Virus record (IMG/VR): IMGVR_UViG_3300027798_000016
Coordinates: 61,391-125,390 of that record
From: a virus
Strand: one strand, 5' to 3'
Length of the DNA: 64,000 nt
Below, one piece after another: positions 63,999 through 64,000 of the stretch. The notes under the pieces were generated by a model. It was not told where the DNA came from, ran no database searches, and saw nothing but the letters and a program-made list of their open reading frames with translations. Position 1 is the stretch's first letter; every line of letters begins with the position of its first letter. The position numbers and the translations under genes were made by a program.

Positions 63999-64000
63999 AC

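Noticed and set aside
1-64000. Stop-codon reassignment, tRNA genes, CRISPR arrays, integrase or transposase
   Set aside because: Genes are full length and densely packed in the standard code with all three stops used; intergenic gaps are short and I saw no cloverleaf, repeat-spacer array or recombinase motif by eye (tRNAscan not run)

Overview
The window is a 64-kb segment of a large lytic dsDNA tailed phage (jumbo, T4-superfamily-like, AT-rich, standard genetic code), not a cellular chromosome. Left part (+ strand, 1-19.8 kb): baseplate/tail virion genes, including a protein with 21 Gly-Gly-Tyr repeats. These are followed by a tightly coupled run of modification enzymes (several GT-A glycosyltransferases, methyltransferase, 2OG-Fe(II) hydroxylase, two GNAT-like proteins, a PP-loop amide-ligase-like protein, fatty-acid desaturase) and thyX. 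The rest is mostly - strand: MoxR/vWA pair and early genes behind sigma70-type promoters, RNase H, a 7-deazaguanine pathway (folE, queD-like, queE, TGT/DpdA-like; no recognisable queC in the window) interleaved with a GT-B glycosyltransferase, galE and a cytidylyltransferase, then sliding clamp, family B DNA polymerase, many small paralogous ORFs, a second sugar/radical-SAM cluster, a GH19 endolysin and a truncated head protein. The two best candidates for new biology are (1) a possible sugar-hypermodified 7-deazaguanine DNA modification and (2) a possible virion-protein tailoring pathway acting on the (GGY)n protein. All functional calls come from motif recognition by eye; no database search was run.
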